64,000 bases of DNA from an uncultured bacterium (GCA_963766885.1 CAVYBO010000001.1:132352-196351); one strand, 5' to 3'. Counted from the first letter of the stretch, positions 10,825 to 20,998 are shown. Notes: a model not told the origin generated them from the letters alone. Translations and numbers: made by a program.

Positions 10825-12153
10825 ATGTCATTTTCTAAAAACAAAACAATTTTATATATAGTTATTTTATCTTTTTTTGCTTCGCTAGCTTTTTCTTTTT
10901 ATTTTCAGATCAAACCAGCTGTTGATGCGAAGGCTTATGATACAATCGCAAGAAATTTGGTGGTTGGAAACGGGTATCGTGAAGATATGACTGTGCCAAT
11001 AGCAAAAGATACCAGCATTATTCGTGCTGGCCCAGGATACGAATTTTTCTTGGCATCTATATACTGGGTTTTTGGACATAATATAAAAATAGTCTGGATA
11101 ATTCAGGCCTTCTTGCACGCAGCTACTGTCTACTTGGTTTATCTTTGCGCGTTGGATCTTTTTGAAGAAAAGAAGGAAGAGATAGCCACAGTAGCTGCAC
11201 TTTTTATTGGCTTTCATCCAGATTTAATAGAAATTTCTGCTATGTTGATGAGTGAAACCTTGTATTTGTTTTTTGTTGCTTTGGCTTTGCTTTTTTTAAT
11301 CAAGACGATTAAAAATACCGATTCGTTCAAGAATATTTTGTGGACTTCTTTTTTTATCAGCATTGCTTCTTTTACTAGACCGCCTGTACTTCTTTTTGAG
11401 TTAGTTTTTATTTTTATTCTTCTTTCTAAGAAGAAAATGTATTCGACAATTATTTCTCTTGGAATAATTGTCTTACTTTTTTTGCCGTGGACTATTAGAA
11501 ATTACGAGGTATATCATGAATTCATACCGGATTCTTTAGTTGATCAATACAATTTATGGGGAGGAAATTTTATTGGCAGTAGCGGAGGGCAAATATCAGA
11601 TATAAAAAATAATCCAACAGCTGCGTATCAGGATACACATACAATGGCTGAATTTAAAAATGAGGCAGAGAGACAATTTCTATCTTTCGTGTTTTACCAT
11701 CCAATTGTCTTTTTAGAATTAACTGGTCTTAGAATTGTACGCTATTTTAGTCTCATTCGGCCAATGGGATTTTGGTTCTATACATATGGAATAAAAAAAG
11801 ACCTTATTATTTTCTCATCATTTATTTTCAACTTAATACTTATGGTATGTGGTTATTCTGGAATATTTTATAAATGGAAAGAAAAAAATAAGCTCCAAAA
11901 ATATATTGCTCTTCTTGCCTTTACTGCGCCTCTGGCAATTATATTTGCTGTGGTGGAATCAAGGTATAGGTTTCAAATTTATCCATTTCTGGCTCTTTTT
12001 GGTGGCTACGCCCTCTTGGAAGTATATCCAGATTTTAGAGATAGATGGAAAAAAGTTTTTTTGCCATCAACAATGTATCTTGGGATTATAACTATTTTTG
12101 ATGTAATTATTTTTGGAGGAGTGGTAATTACTCACATTTTAAAAATTCTCTAG
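10825..12153 (+). CDS. GT-C fold membrane glycosyltransferase (ArnT/PMT-like)
   Basis: DAKAYD, RAGPGY, MSETLY, PWTIRN, SRYR; many TM helices. Confidence 0.85.
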   Translation: MSFSKNKTILYIVILSFFASLAFSFYFQIKPAVDAKAYDTIARNLVVGNGYREDMTVPIAKDTSIIRAGPGYEFFLASIYWVFGHNIKIVWIIQAFLHAATVYLVYLCALDLFEEKKEEIATVAALFIGFHPDLIEISAMLMSETLYLFFVALALLFLIKTIKNTDSFKNILWTSFFISIASFTRPPVLLFELVFIFILLSKKKMYSTIISLGIIVLLFLPWTIRNYEVYHEFIPDSLVDQYNLWGGNFIGSSGGQISDIKNNPTAAYQDTHTMAEFKNEAERQFLSFVFYHPIVFLELTGLRIVRYFSLIRPMGFWFYTYGIKKDLIIFSSFIFNLILMVCGYSGIFYKWKEKNKLQKYIALLAFTAPLAIIFAVVESRYRFQIYPFLALFGGYALLEVYPDFRDRWKKVFLPSTMYLGIITIFDVIIFGGVVITHILKIL

Positions 12154-13298
12154 TAGGAGAATGGTTTCAGAAAAGAAATTATCTCACCAACCTTTTTGTC
12201 CCAAGTAAAATTGATTACTTCATTTTTTGCTTTTTTTGCGAGCATTTTTTGAAGCTCATTATTTTTTGAAAGCATTAAAATCTTTTCCTTTAAATCTGCG
12301 ATATCATCTGGCTTAACAAATAGGGCATTAGACTCATTTAAAATTTCTCTAACACTTGGTAAATCAGAGGTGATAATCGGTCGCTCCGATGTCATATACT
12401 CAAACATTTTCATTGGAGACATATAGTAGGAATAATGATCGTTTTTTGGAAATGGCATAAGGAGCATATCGCAAGCTTTTTGATATAGAGCAAGTTCTTC
12501 CTGACTGGATTCTCCTTTGAACAAAACTTTCTTCTCTACCCCAAACTCTTTAGCCATTGAGGTATAGAAATCCAGGTCTTCTTGGTGTCCGCCGGCAGCA
12601 TAAAAAAGAAAATTATCCGGCAGATCTTTCATTGCTTCAAGGATGGCCGCTATACCTTTTTCCATTTTCATGGTTTTAAATCTTCCAAAATATCCTAGAA
12701 TGATTTTTTCTTTAGGTAAATTGGCCTTGTCTCGAGCTTCATCTTTTGAAATTTTTGTATCAAAAGTTGATAGGTCTATTGCACCATGCGAAACAATTAT
12801 TTTTTTTCTATCAACATCAAATTTAGATACTAAAGAGGATGCAAGATAGTAGGTTACCGCAATTATGCTATTGCTATGGCGAGCTGCAAACGCGTGAATT
12901 TTTGATTCTGATTTCAATATGTGCCAGTCTGAACAAATAATTATTTTCTTATAAATTAATTTATAGACAGCAAGAATTGATATGATGTACTTATCGTTCG
13001 ATATAAATACTATCTTTTCCTTGGTGGTGAGACCTTTTTTGATACTCTTATAAATTGACGGAAATTTAAGAAGAAAAGACATAGCCCGTCTTCGTCTTTT
13101 TTTGCATTCCCCAATACCTAAATTTAGACGTAGTACTTTATTGATTTTACCAAGCTCTTTATTAGAGAAATCGTAATTGATTGTAAGTAAGAAATTTCCT
13201 GGCAAAGCACGAGAAAAAGCTTCGGCCATTTTTTTGACGTATACATGGTCTGCTGTGCTGGCCGGGAACGTTTTGGTGCTTAGGTAGACTAGATACAT
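12150..13298 (-). CDS. GT4 family glycosyltransferase
   Basis: SPMKMFEYM, HGAID, KGIAAIL. Confidence 0.88.
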   Translation of the reverse strand: MYLVYLSTKTFPASTADHVYVKKMAEAFSRALPGNFLLTINYDFSNKELGKINKVLRLNLGIGECKKRRRRAMSFLLKFPSIYKSIKKGLTTKEKIVFISNDKYIISILAVYKLIYKKIIICSDWHILKSESKIHAFAARHSNSIIAVTYYLASSLVSKFDVDRKKIIVSHGAIDLSTFDTKISKDEARDKANLPKEKIILGYFGRFKTMKMEKGIAAILEAMKDLPDNFLFYAAGGHQEDLDFYTSMAKEFGVEKKVLFKGESSQEELALYQKACDMLLMPFPKNDHYSYYMSPMKMFEYMTSERPIITSDLPSVREILNESNALFVKPDDIADLKEKILMLSKNNELQKMLAKKAKNEVINFTWDKKVGEIISFLKPFSY

Positions 13299-13358
13299 GG
13301 CAAAATGATACCATGAAATAATCTGATTTAAGCCAATAAGTTCAAGATATCATAAAAT

Positions 13359-14210
13359 ATGAACCCATTTTTGAAAAAGGTATTTCTCCAAATCTCTGTT
13401 ATTACCGGGATCAACTTTCTCCTAAGTCTTTTGCTTGAAGACTGCGTGTTTCTTGTTGGTTATCATAGTATTCGAAATAAAAATAACGAAGGTGTCTTTA
13501 AGCAAGAAAACTATGAACATGTTTCTATTTCTGAGGACAAGTTTAAAGAGCATTTGGAGTATCTCAAAAAAAGAGGTCATAATTTTGTTTCAGTTTCAGA
13601 ATTATCAGATGCGATAAACAAAAAAATCAAAAAACCAACAGTTATCTATTTTGATGATGGATATAAAGATACGTTGAGTAATGCGCTGCCCATTCTCGAA
13701 GAAAAAAACATACCAGCTACTGTTTTCCTTACCATTGATTTACTTAGTGGAAAAAAAAAGCTCTTAAGAGGATTTAAAGAAGATAAGGACCCTTTTTTTA
13801 CACCATTCTTAGACTGGAAAGGAGCTGAAGAGCTGGTCAAGAAAGGTGTGGATATTGGTTCCCATGGTATTAGTCACAAAAAGCTGACTAATTGCACCAA
13901 TTCAGAACTTGTAGACGAATTAACAGAAAGCAAAAGAATAATTGAAGAAAGGTTTGGCAGAAACGTAATCTCATTTTCTTACCCCCACGGACGAGCAAAC
14001 GACGAGGTGGTGGCAAGAGTAAAAGAGGTCGGGTACACGTGGGGACTAACCACAAGAGAGGGTATAAATACTCGAAATTATATTTTGGAAGAGCCTTATT
14101 TGCTAAATAAAGTAGAGCCGCGTCCAAAAGATACGTTGCTAGATTTTAAGTCGAAATTATATTCCGGAAGCATATTGGCTTTTATACGTAAAAAAATTAA
14201 TGGAAACTAA
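13359..14210 (+). CDS. Polysaccharide deacetylase (CE4/NodB)
   Basis: GYHSI, YFDDGY, GSHGISH, SYPHG. Confidence 0.9.
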   Translation: MNPFLKKVFLQISVITGINFLLSLLLEDCVFLVGYHSIRNKNNEGVFKQENYEHVSISEDKFKEHLEYLKKRGHNFVSVSELSDAINKKIKKPTVIYFDDGYKDTLSNALPILEEKNIPATVFLTIDLLSGKKKLLRGFKEDKDPFFTPFLDWKGAEELVKKGVDIGSHGISHKKLTNCTNSELVDELTESKRIIEERFGRNVISFSYPHGRANDEVVARVKEVGYTWGLTTREGINTRNYILEEPYLLNKVEPRPKDTLLDFKSKLYSGSILAFIRKKINGN

Positions 14211-15318
14211 AAAGATACTCTACTTTGCAAACATTAGGCTGCCGACCGAAAAAGCTCACGGCATACAGATAATGAAAATGTGCGAGGCACTGGCTGAAAA
14301 TGGATCAGAAGTTCAGTTATTTTTACCTACCAAACCTAATCCGATAAAAGAAAACGCCTTTGATTATTATAAAGTAAGAAAAAATTTTTCAATAAAAAAA
14401 ATAAGTACGATTAGTCTAAATATACCGTGCAAAGTTTCTTTTCTGATTGAATACTCAGTGTACTCAATTATGGCTCTTTTTAATTCTTTTTTTTATGAAG
14501 CGGATATTATATATTCAAGAGATTTTTTAGTTATATATATAATAAGTCTATTTAATAAAAATACTGTTTGGGAAACTCATCGTGGTCAAAAAAATTTTTT
14601 GGTGAAAAATATGTTAAAGAGATTAAAGCTTGTAGTTTGCATAAGTTACGGGCTAAAAAAAACATATTTAGAACTAGGTATTCCTGAAGAGAAAATAATT
14701 GTTTCTCCGGACGCTGTTGATTTTTCAGAATTTAATGTTAAACAAAGTAGAGAAGAATGTAGAAAAAAACTTAACCTTCCGCTTGATAAAAAATTAGCAA
14801 TGTATGCGGGACACCTTTATGGGTGGAAAGGGGCAGATGTTTTCGCAGAATCTACAAAGTATTTTTCTCCAAATATACTTGCAATTTTAATTGGCGGCGA
14901 AAAAGAAGATTTGATTGTTTTTAGAGAAAAATTCAAGACCAATGATAATGTCTTGCTTTTAGGAGCGAAATTTCACAGTGAAATCCCTTTTTATTTAAAA
15001 GCCGCAGATGTTTTAATTTTACCTAATTCAGCAAAAAGTAAAATCTCAAAGACCTATACTTCACCAATGAAGATGTTTGAATATATGGCAAGCGGGGTGC
15101 CTATAATTGCTTCCAATCTGCCAAGTATAAGGGAAGTGTTGAGCGAGGAGAATGCTTTTTTTGTTGAGCCAGATGATTCTAAATCTTTGGGAGTTGCCAT
15201 TGATACTGTGTTGAATAATAATGGACTGGCATCGGAAAAGGCCAGAAGAGCCTTTGAAGATGTTAAACAATATACCTGGTATTCTAGAGCAGAAAAGATA
15301 TTGGAGTTTTTAAAATAA
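14200..15318 (+). CDS. GT4 family glycosyltransferase
   Basis: KAHGIQI, KGADV, SPMKMFEYMASG. Confidence 0.9.
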   Translation: METKKILYFANIRLPTEKAHGIQIMKMCEALAENGSEVQLFLPTKPNPIKENAFDYYKVRKNFSIKKISTISLNIPCKVSFLIEYSVYSIMALFNSFFYEADIIYSRDFLVIYIISLFNKNTVWETHRGQKNFLVKNMLKRLKLVVCISYGLKKTYLELGIPEEKIIVSPDAVDFSEFNVKQSREECRKKLNLPLDKKLAMYAGHLYGWKGADVFAESTKYFSPNILAILIGGEKEDLIVFREKFKTNDNVLLLGAKFHSEIPFYLKAADVLILPNSAKSKISKTYTSPMKMFEYMASGVPIIASNLPSIREVLSEENAFFVEPDDSKSLGVAIDTVLNNNGLASEKARRAFEDVKQYTWYSRAEKILEFLK

Positions 15319-15322
15319 ACTA

Positions 15323-16006
15323 ATGAGATCGCATTTTGAAAATCTTAAAGTAAATATTCCTAATCTGGAAGGTATGGAAATTCTTGATCTTGGTGCTGGA
15401 AAAGGAAAGTTTCTGATTGAACTTGCTTCAATAAAAATGAAAGCAAAGGGTGTGGAACTTTTTTTGGAATACATAGAAGAAGCAAAAAACTCTGCCTCTA
15501 TTCACGGCGTTTCGATTGATATTCAGAAGGGGGTTGGAGAGAAGTTGCCATTTGAAGACAAAAGTTTCGACTTTGTAAACATGTCTGAAGTTATTGAACA
15601 TGTTGATAATCCTGAAAAAGTTTTGAAAGAAACGAATAGAGTCTTAAGGAATGATGGAAAGGTTTATATAAGCGTGCCAAGCCGCTTCAGTATTAAAGAT
15701 ACGCACTTTCATTTGTATTTTGTAAATTGGGTTCCAAGAACATGGAGCGACACTTTTATTTCGATATTTGGCAGACATAAAAATTATTCAAAAGACGCAG
15801 GGAATCAAAAACTTAAAGATCTTCATTATTATACAAAAATGCAGTTTAAAAAACTTGCTAGCGAGACAGGTTTTGAAGTCGAGGATATCCGAGAATTAAA
15901 AATCAAAAAAGAACGTGGCTACAAGAAACTTTTGTTGCCGGTTTATATTTTGATTTCAGGATTTTATTTCAACACTTACCATTTTCTATTAACCAAAAAA
16001 TCCTAG
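15323..16006 (+). CDS. Class I SAM-dependent methyltransferase
   Basis: ILDLGAGKG, LPFEDKSFD, EVIEHV. Confidence 0.9.
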   Translation: MRSHFENLKVNIPNLEGMEILDLGAGKGKFLIELASIKMKAKGVELFLEYIEEAKNSASIHGVSIDIQKGVGEKLPFEDKSFDFVNMSEVIEHVDNPEKVLKETNRVLRNDGKVYISVPSRFSIKDTHFHLYFVNWVPRTWSDTFISIFGRHKNYSKDAGNQKLKDLHYYTKMQFKKLASETGFEVEDIRELKIKKERGYKKLLLPVYILISGFYFNTYHFLLTKKS

Positions 16007-17250
16007 GATTTTTTTCTTACTATATCGTAGGAATAAACGAGACGAAACAAGCGGCTTACAGATATTCCTATTATAAGCCCCATCAATCCCCAGAGCAGAC
16101 CAAAGGCTATTAAGGCAACCTGGAGAACTCCGCTTATAACATTGAAATAATAGAGTTCTTTTTTCTTTGCTTTGGCTTGCAATAATGTTGTTGGTATGAC
16201 GCTTGCGGTTGTCAGAAGAGAGATTGAATATATTTGTGATAAAAATATCGAGCTTGTGTATTGAGGAAATAATAGTTTATATATAAAAGGTGCGGCGATT
16301 ACATAAGCAATAACAATCAATGCCATACATCCTGTGAACCATAATATTTTATTAAGCATTGATCTGACAGCCATTTCGGAGTTTTGTTCTGAAAATTTTG
16401 GTTGAGCTATGTTGGATGCGCTTTTTGTCAAACCTTTTATTTGTTCTGGGATAGCAATGGCGAAGGAATAAATAGCCAAGTCTACGGGGCCAAGAAAATG
16501 GAATGTCAAAATACTGTCCGCTTTATCTACAAAACCATTGAGCACGCCCATAATGCTTAAATGGGTTCCATATTCTAGAGCGGTGTCGTCGATTTCATTA
16601 TTTGGTTTGTATACAAACCTTGCATAACAATAAATTATTACCTCGGTAATTAAGCTTGAAACCATATATGCTGAAATCAAAAGAATTACACTTTTGCTAA
16701 ACCATGCTGTGATCAAAGTTGAGAAAGTGATAATAAGCTGCGCTGATCCAGATGTTAAGGCGCTTCTTTTGAAATCTTTTTTTCCGGTAAAAAAAGAATC
16801 TGATAGTCCCGCACTTGAGTACAGGGGTGTGATTACGGCTATAACGAGTAAAGAAATTGCAATATAAGTATTTTTTTCTAGAAAATAATATCCAGCAAAA
16901 CCAATAAAAATAAGCAGCATTGGTATGCTCCATTTTAAATTTTTTCTAAAACCTAAAGAAAGCGTACCTTCAAATCCTTTTGATACAGAGTTAATTATTG
17001 CGGTGCTTAATCCCGTAAGTGAAAAAGAGCTTATAACTCCGGCAAGCGCCAAGATGTATTTATAAGTGCCGTATGTTTCTTTGCTCAAAAGTCTGGCAAA
17101 TCCCAAAGCTAGTATAAAAACAGCGAGCGAACTCAAAGTCTGGGACACAGTAACCCAAAACCCGCCTTTGGCCAGGTAGATCATATCAGTCTTGGTATAT
17201 TTTTCGGTTTTGCGGAGGAGATTATGGATTTTTATTTTTATGTTTTCCAT
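16003..17250 (-). CDS. Wzx/MOP-family oligosaccharide flippase
   Basis: ARLLSKETYGTY, about 12 TM helices, cluster context. Confidence 0.88.
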   Translation of the reverse strand: MENIKIKIHNLLRKTEKYTKTDMIYLAKGGFWVTVSQTLSSLAVFILALGFARLLSKETYGTYKYILALAGVISSFSLTGLSTAIINSVSKGFEGTLSLGFRKNLKWSIPMLLIFIGFAGYYFLEKNTYIAISLLVIAVITPLYSSAGLSDSFFTGKKDFKRSALTSGSAQLIITFSTLITAWFSKSVILLISAYMVSSLITEVIIYCYARFVYKPNNEIDDTALEYGTHLSIMGVLNGFVDKADSILTFHFLGPVDLAIYSFAIAIPEQIKGLTKSASNIAQPKFSEQNSEMAVRSMLNKILWFTGCMALIVIAYVIAAPFIYKLLFPQYTSSIFLSQIYSISLLTTASVIPTTLLQAKAKKKELYYFNVISGVLQVALIAFGLLWGLMGLIIGISVSRLFRLVYSYDIVRKKS

Positions 17251-17277
17251 TTTTATTTATGTGTTATAGTATAGCCC

Positions 17278-19731
17278 ATGAAAGTGGCATTTAAAAACAT
17301 TTTGAAATTTTTAATATTCGTCATTCCATTTCTGGTGCTTGTAGTTCCAGATGCAATGTTTTTTCCTTTTATAACCGGCAGGGCATTTCTGTTTAGGGTT
17401 GCTATTGATCTTGCCGTAGGAATTTATTTAGGACTGATTATTCTTGATAAAGATTCTCGGCCTAAAAATAATTTTCTCAACTGGTGCGTTTTCTCACTTG
17501 TTGTGGTGGCATTTGCAGCTGACTGCTTTGCATTTGTACCGTTAAAAGCCCTATGGAGCAATTATGAGAGAATGGAGGGATTTGCAACTATTGCTCATCT
17601 GGCTATTTTCTTTTTGATTTCTTCTACTATTTTTTCTGCCAAAGATTGGCGAAGATTTATTTATGTCTCTCTAGGGGTGGCAACTTTTATGGCCTACTAC
17701 TCGGGCATTCAGATGATTGGAGAAATTGGTATTGATCAAGGAAGTACAAGAATTGACGGTACTTTAGGAAACGCTGCATACTTAGCGATATTTTTTGCTT
17801 TCCACGCATTCTTTTTGCTTATGCTTTTGTTTGGCAAGCCTGGTAAAAAATTGAAAGGCATTGCGGAAAGCGTTGGCCTAGGCTCGTTGGCTTTTGTTGC
17901 TTTTTATATTTACAAAATGTCTGTATATAAACTTCATCCATCAGCAATCGGATGGTTGATGCTTGTGTTTGCCATAGCTCTTTCTGTTGTTTTGGCAATC
18001 CTCCGATATTTTGATTATGCTCCGGTAGACAAAAGAGAAAAAGTTGAAAAGATTGTTTCAACAGTTTTATATTTATTTGGCTTTGCGGTCTTTTCTTGGC
18101 TGGTTTATGAAACTCAAACCAGAGGCACAACACTCGGGCTTTTGGGTGGCCTTTTGGTTGCCTCAATTTACATTCTTGTAAGAGAAAAGCATGACAAAGC
18201 CATAAGAAAAATTTCTTGGGGCTATATTATTTTGCTTCTGGTTGTTGTTGGGGGATTTTTCATTATTAAAAACACTTCCTTTGTACAGAACAACCAAAGT
18301 CTGGATAGATTCGCTACAATTTCTTGGAGCGATTCAAGTAATCAAGCGAGGCAGTATATATGGCCAATGGCTGTCGAAGGTTCTTTTTCCTCAGTTAAGA
18401 CATCAATTATAGGTTGGGGACAAGAAGGATTTATTTATGTCTTTGCAAAATATTACGATCCTCGCCTTTGGAGTCAGGAGCCATGGTTTGACCGCGCACA
18501 CAACGAATTCTTAGATTGGCTAGTTGCGGGCGGACTGCTTGGATTCTTGGCCTACGTTTCAATTTACGTTGCCGCCGTAAGGATGGTTATTAAATCTCCG
18601 GAATTTCCAGAACAGGAAAAGGCCTTGATTATTGGGGCCATCGCCGCGTACGCATTTCATAATCTTTTTGTTTTTGACAATCTTTCAAGTTACATACTTT
18701 TCTTTACGCTGCTTGGTTTTATTATGAGTCGGCATCAAGGCGAGAGGGAATTGCATTCCGAAAAAGAAGAAAACCAAGCAAAAATATATCTTCCACTAGG
18801 ACTGGTTTTGGGAATCATTCTTGCTTTCTGGATAAATTTAAATCCTTATGAACAGAATATTACTTTGATCGACGCGCTTCGCCAGCTTCCGGCCCAAAAC
18901 GGGGTGCCGTATTCTTGCGTCAGCGTAACAGACAAAATTTCAAGCGACGGATCTGTGCAGGAAGTTTGCAACAATGCCGAGCCTACTTTGGATCTTTTCA
19001 AAAAAGCTCTTGCTTACAACACATTTGGCGAAGCGGAAACCAGGCAGTTTCTCTTGGAGACAGCTTCAAATGTTGATAGCGATCCAAATACATCCAATCA
19101 GTCCAAAGAAGACTTTGCGTTACTTGTTATTTCGGAATATCAAAAACAAATCAAGGAAAATCCTTATTTCGAAACCCCGTATTTTGATTTTGGCAGCTAT
19201 TTGGAGAGCATTGGCCAGTTTAATCAGGCCAAGACCGTGTTTGAGGCAGCAGTTAGTCTTTCTCCAACACGCCAGCTTCCTTATATGAAATTAGGAGAGA
19301 TTGATTTAGAGCAAAACGATATAAATGACGCAATAAGCTATTTCAAAAAGGCTTATGATTTGGATCACACATATCCTTTGGCGGAATCCGAATACGCCAT
19401 GAGTTTGGTTTACGGCAAGGATTTAAAGGATGCTCTGCCTTTGCTGGCGGATCTGCCTTACAAAGATGGTGGTATAACTCCTAACCTTGTTCAAATTCTT
19501 GGCCAGAGCGGCTACGGTTCTTATGCAGTTGCAATGCTTCAAAAAAGAATTTCAATTGCTCCACAAGATCAAAGCGCCTATGTTCTGCTTTCCGAGGTGT
19601 ATATTGCTCTCAAGGATCCTGCCGATTCAGCCAAGGTAATTAATTTACTTGAAGCAAAAAATCCAAAATTAGACACTGCAACACTGCAATATTTGGAAAC
19701 TTTGAGCTCAACTACTCCAAGCCAAGCTTAA
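17278..19731 (+). CDS. O-antigen ligase / O-oligosaccharyltransferase-like protein with C-terminal TPRs
   Basis: GTLGNAAY, TQTRG, GWGQE, DRAHNEFLD (Wzy_C His motif), TPR-like C-terminus. Confidence 0.85.
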   Translation: MKVAFKNILKFLIFVIPFLVLVVPDAMFFPFITGRAFLFRVAIDLAVGIYLGLIILDKDSRPKNNFLNWCVFSLVVVAFAADCFAFVPLKALWSNYERMEGFATIAHLAIFFLISSTIFSAKDWRRFIYVSLGVATFMAYYSGIQMIGEIGIDQGSTRIDGTLGNAAYLAIFFAFHAFFLLMLLFGKPGKKLKGIAESVGLGSLAFVAFYIYKMSVYKLHPSAIGWLMLVFAIALSVVLAILRYFDYAPVDKREKVEKIVSTVLYLFGFAVFSWLVYETQTRGTTLGLLGGLLVASIYILVREKHDKAIRKISWGYIILLLVVVGGFFIIKNTSFVQNNQSLDRFATISWSDSSNQARQYIWPMAVEGSFSSVKTSIIGWGQEGFIYVFAKYYDPRLWSQEPWFDRAHNEFLDWLVAGGLLGFLAYVSIYVAAVRMVIKSPEFPEQEKALIIGAIAAYAFHNLFVFDNLSSYILFFTLLGFIMSRHQGERELHSEKEENQAKIYLPLGLVLGIILAFWINLNPYEQNITLIDALRQLPAQNGVPYSCVSVTDKISSDGSVQEVCNNAEPTLDLFKKALAYNTFGEAETRQFLLETASNVDSDPNTSNQSKEDFALLVISEYQKQIKENPYFETPYFDFGSYLESIGQFNQAKTVFEAAVSLSPTRQLPYMKLGEIDLEQNDINDAISYFKKAYDLDHTYPLAESEYAMSLVYGKDLKDALPLLADLPYKDGGITPNLVQILGQSGYGSYAVAMLQKRISIAPQDQSAYVLLSEVYIALKDPADSAKVINLLEAKNPKLDTATLQYLETLSSTTPSQA

Positions 19732-19735
19732 TAGT

Positions 19736-19763
19736 TTGACTTCAGGCCTCAAAATGCTAAAAT
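19736..19763 (+). promoter_or_regulatory. Sigma70-type promoter for a short non-coding transcript
   Basis: TTGACT (19736-41), 16 nt spacer, TGC-TAAAAT extended -10 (19755-63). Confidence 0.65.
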
Positions 19764-19768
19764 TTGGC

Positions 19769-19846
19769 TGTGAGTGGCAGAGTAATATTTGCAGACTCTA
19801 AAAGTAAACATCCGCAAAGCCCCGCTCCGGCGGGGTTTTGTGTTTC
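19769..19846 (+). ncRNA. Putative ~75-nt small RNA with its own promoter and intrinsic terminator
   Basis: Promoter directly upstream, internal AGAGT/ACTCT stem, terminal GC hairpin with U tract; no credible ORF. Confidence 0.5.
19814..19846 (+). terminator. Intrinsic terminator
   Basis: GCAAAGCCCCGC-TCCG-GCGGGGTTTTGT followed by T-rich sequence. Confidence 0.8.
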
Positions 19847-19884
19847 TGGTAATTTTTTTTATTTTACGATATCCTTAGTTCCAG

Positions 19885-19968
19885 CGTTCTGCCAAGGCTG
19901 GCGGCTGCACTCACAAAATGATGTTTACTTTGGAGCTCGCACCCGCCAGCCTTGGCAGAACGTTTTTT
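19885..19968 (+). promoter_or_regulatory. 20-bp perfect hairpin + T6 directly before the murB start (attenuator-like leader or ncRNA)
   Basis: CGTTCTGCCAAGGCTGGCGG (19885-904) pairs with CCGCCAGCCTTGGCAGAACG (19943-962); 38-nt loop; TACGAT -10-like box at 19865-70. Confidence 0.7.
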
Positions 19969-19971
19969 AAT

Positions 19972-20988
19972 ATGAATCTTAAAATAATAGAAAATGTAGA
20001 ACTTGCAGAGCATACAACCTTCCGAGCTGGCGGTCGAGCAAAGTATTTTACAGAAATTGATTCTCTTGCAAATTTGGTTGAGGCGGTTGATTTTGCCAAA
20101 AAAAATAATTTAGAAATTCATATTCTGGGCGGAGGATCTAATACTCTTTTTAAAGACGGTTTGCATAATAAAATTTTCCTAAAAATCTGCATAAAAGGAA
20201 TTGAATTAAAAGAAGTTGGAGAAAACATTTTACTAAAAGCTGGAGGGGGGGAGAGCTGGGATAAGGTTGTAGAAATTTCTTCAGACAAGAATTTTTGGGG
20301 AATAGAAAACTTGTCGGCAATTCCTGGAACTGTCGGTGGAGCGGTTGTTCAAAACATTGGAGCTTATGGTGTAGAGCTCAAAGATGTGCTGGCTCTGGTT
20401 TCTGTTTTTGATATCAGAGAAAAAAAAGTAAAGATTCTTTCGGGTATTGATTGCCAGTTTGGATATCGAGAAAGTATTTTTAAGAAAAAAGAAGGCAAGA
20501 ATTTTATCGTGCTTGATGCGACCTTGATTATCTCTAAAAAACCTAATCTCCAGATTACTTACAAAGATTTGCAGAACTCTTTCGGTAACAAAACACCCCA
20601 GACATCTTTGGAAGTTAGAGAAGTTGTAATTGAAATAAGAAAAAATAAGTTTCCTGATTTAAAACAGTTTGGTACAGCAGGGTCTTTCTTTAAGAACCCT
20701 GTTGTTTCTAAAAACGAGTATGAAAATCTTTTGAAAAAATATCCAAATATTGCAGGACATGAATTTGGAGGAAAAATTAAACTTTCGGCAGCCTGGATTT
20801 TGGATAAAATTTTGAATTTAAAAGGATTTCAGGAAGAACAGGTGTGTTTGTGGAAAGATCAGCCGCTTGTGGTTGTAAATTTAGGCAATCAAAACGCAGA
20901 AAAAATAATTTCTTTTGCAAAAAAAATAAAAGAAAAAGTTTTTGAAGAAACGAAAATTAATTTTGAAGAAGAAGTAATCGTTCTTTGA
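19972..20988 (+). CDS. murB: UDP-N-acetylenolpyruvoylglucosamine reductase
   Basis: HTTFRAGG, LGGGSN, IPGTVGGAVVQNIGAYG, FGYRES, AGSFFKNP. Confidence 0.95.
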   Translation: MNLKIIENVELAEHTTFRAGGRAKYFTEIDSLANLVEAVDFAKKNNLEIHILGGGSNTLFKDGLHNKIFLKICIKGIELKEVGENILLKAGGGESWDKVVEISSDKNFWGIENLSAIPGTVGGAVVQNIGAYGVELKDVLALVSVFDIREKKVKILSGIDCQFGYRESIFKKKEGKNFIVLDATLIISKKPNLQITYKDLQNSFGNKTPQTSLEVREVVIEIRKNKFPDLKQFGTAGSFFKNPVVSKNEYENLLKKYPNIAGHEFGGKIKLSAAWILDKILNLKGFQEEQVCLWKDQPLVVVNLGNQNAEKIISFAKKIKEKVFEETKINFEEEVIVL

Positions 20989-20989
20989 G

Positions 20990-20998
20990 TTATCCACA
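20990..20998 (+). promoter_or_regulatory. Single DnaA-box consensus
   Basis: Exact TTATCCACA; isolated, so function is uncertain. Confidence 0.3.

Noticed and set aside
12150-16006. Convergent genes sharing CTAG stop overlaps (12150-53, 16003-06) and a 45-bp overlap at 8360-8404
   Set aside because: Ordinary result of genome compaction; no further signal
19769-19968. SRP RNA, tmRNA, RNase P RNA or tRNA
   Set aside because: No CAGG-GNRA-AGCA motif, tRNA-like ends, P4 signature or cloverleaf recognised
20990-20998. Replication origin
   Set aside because: Only one DnaA box seen, and no dnaA or dnaN nearby
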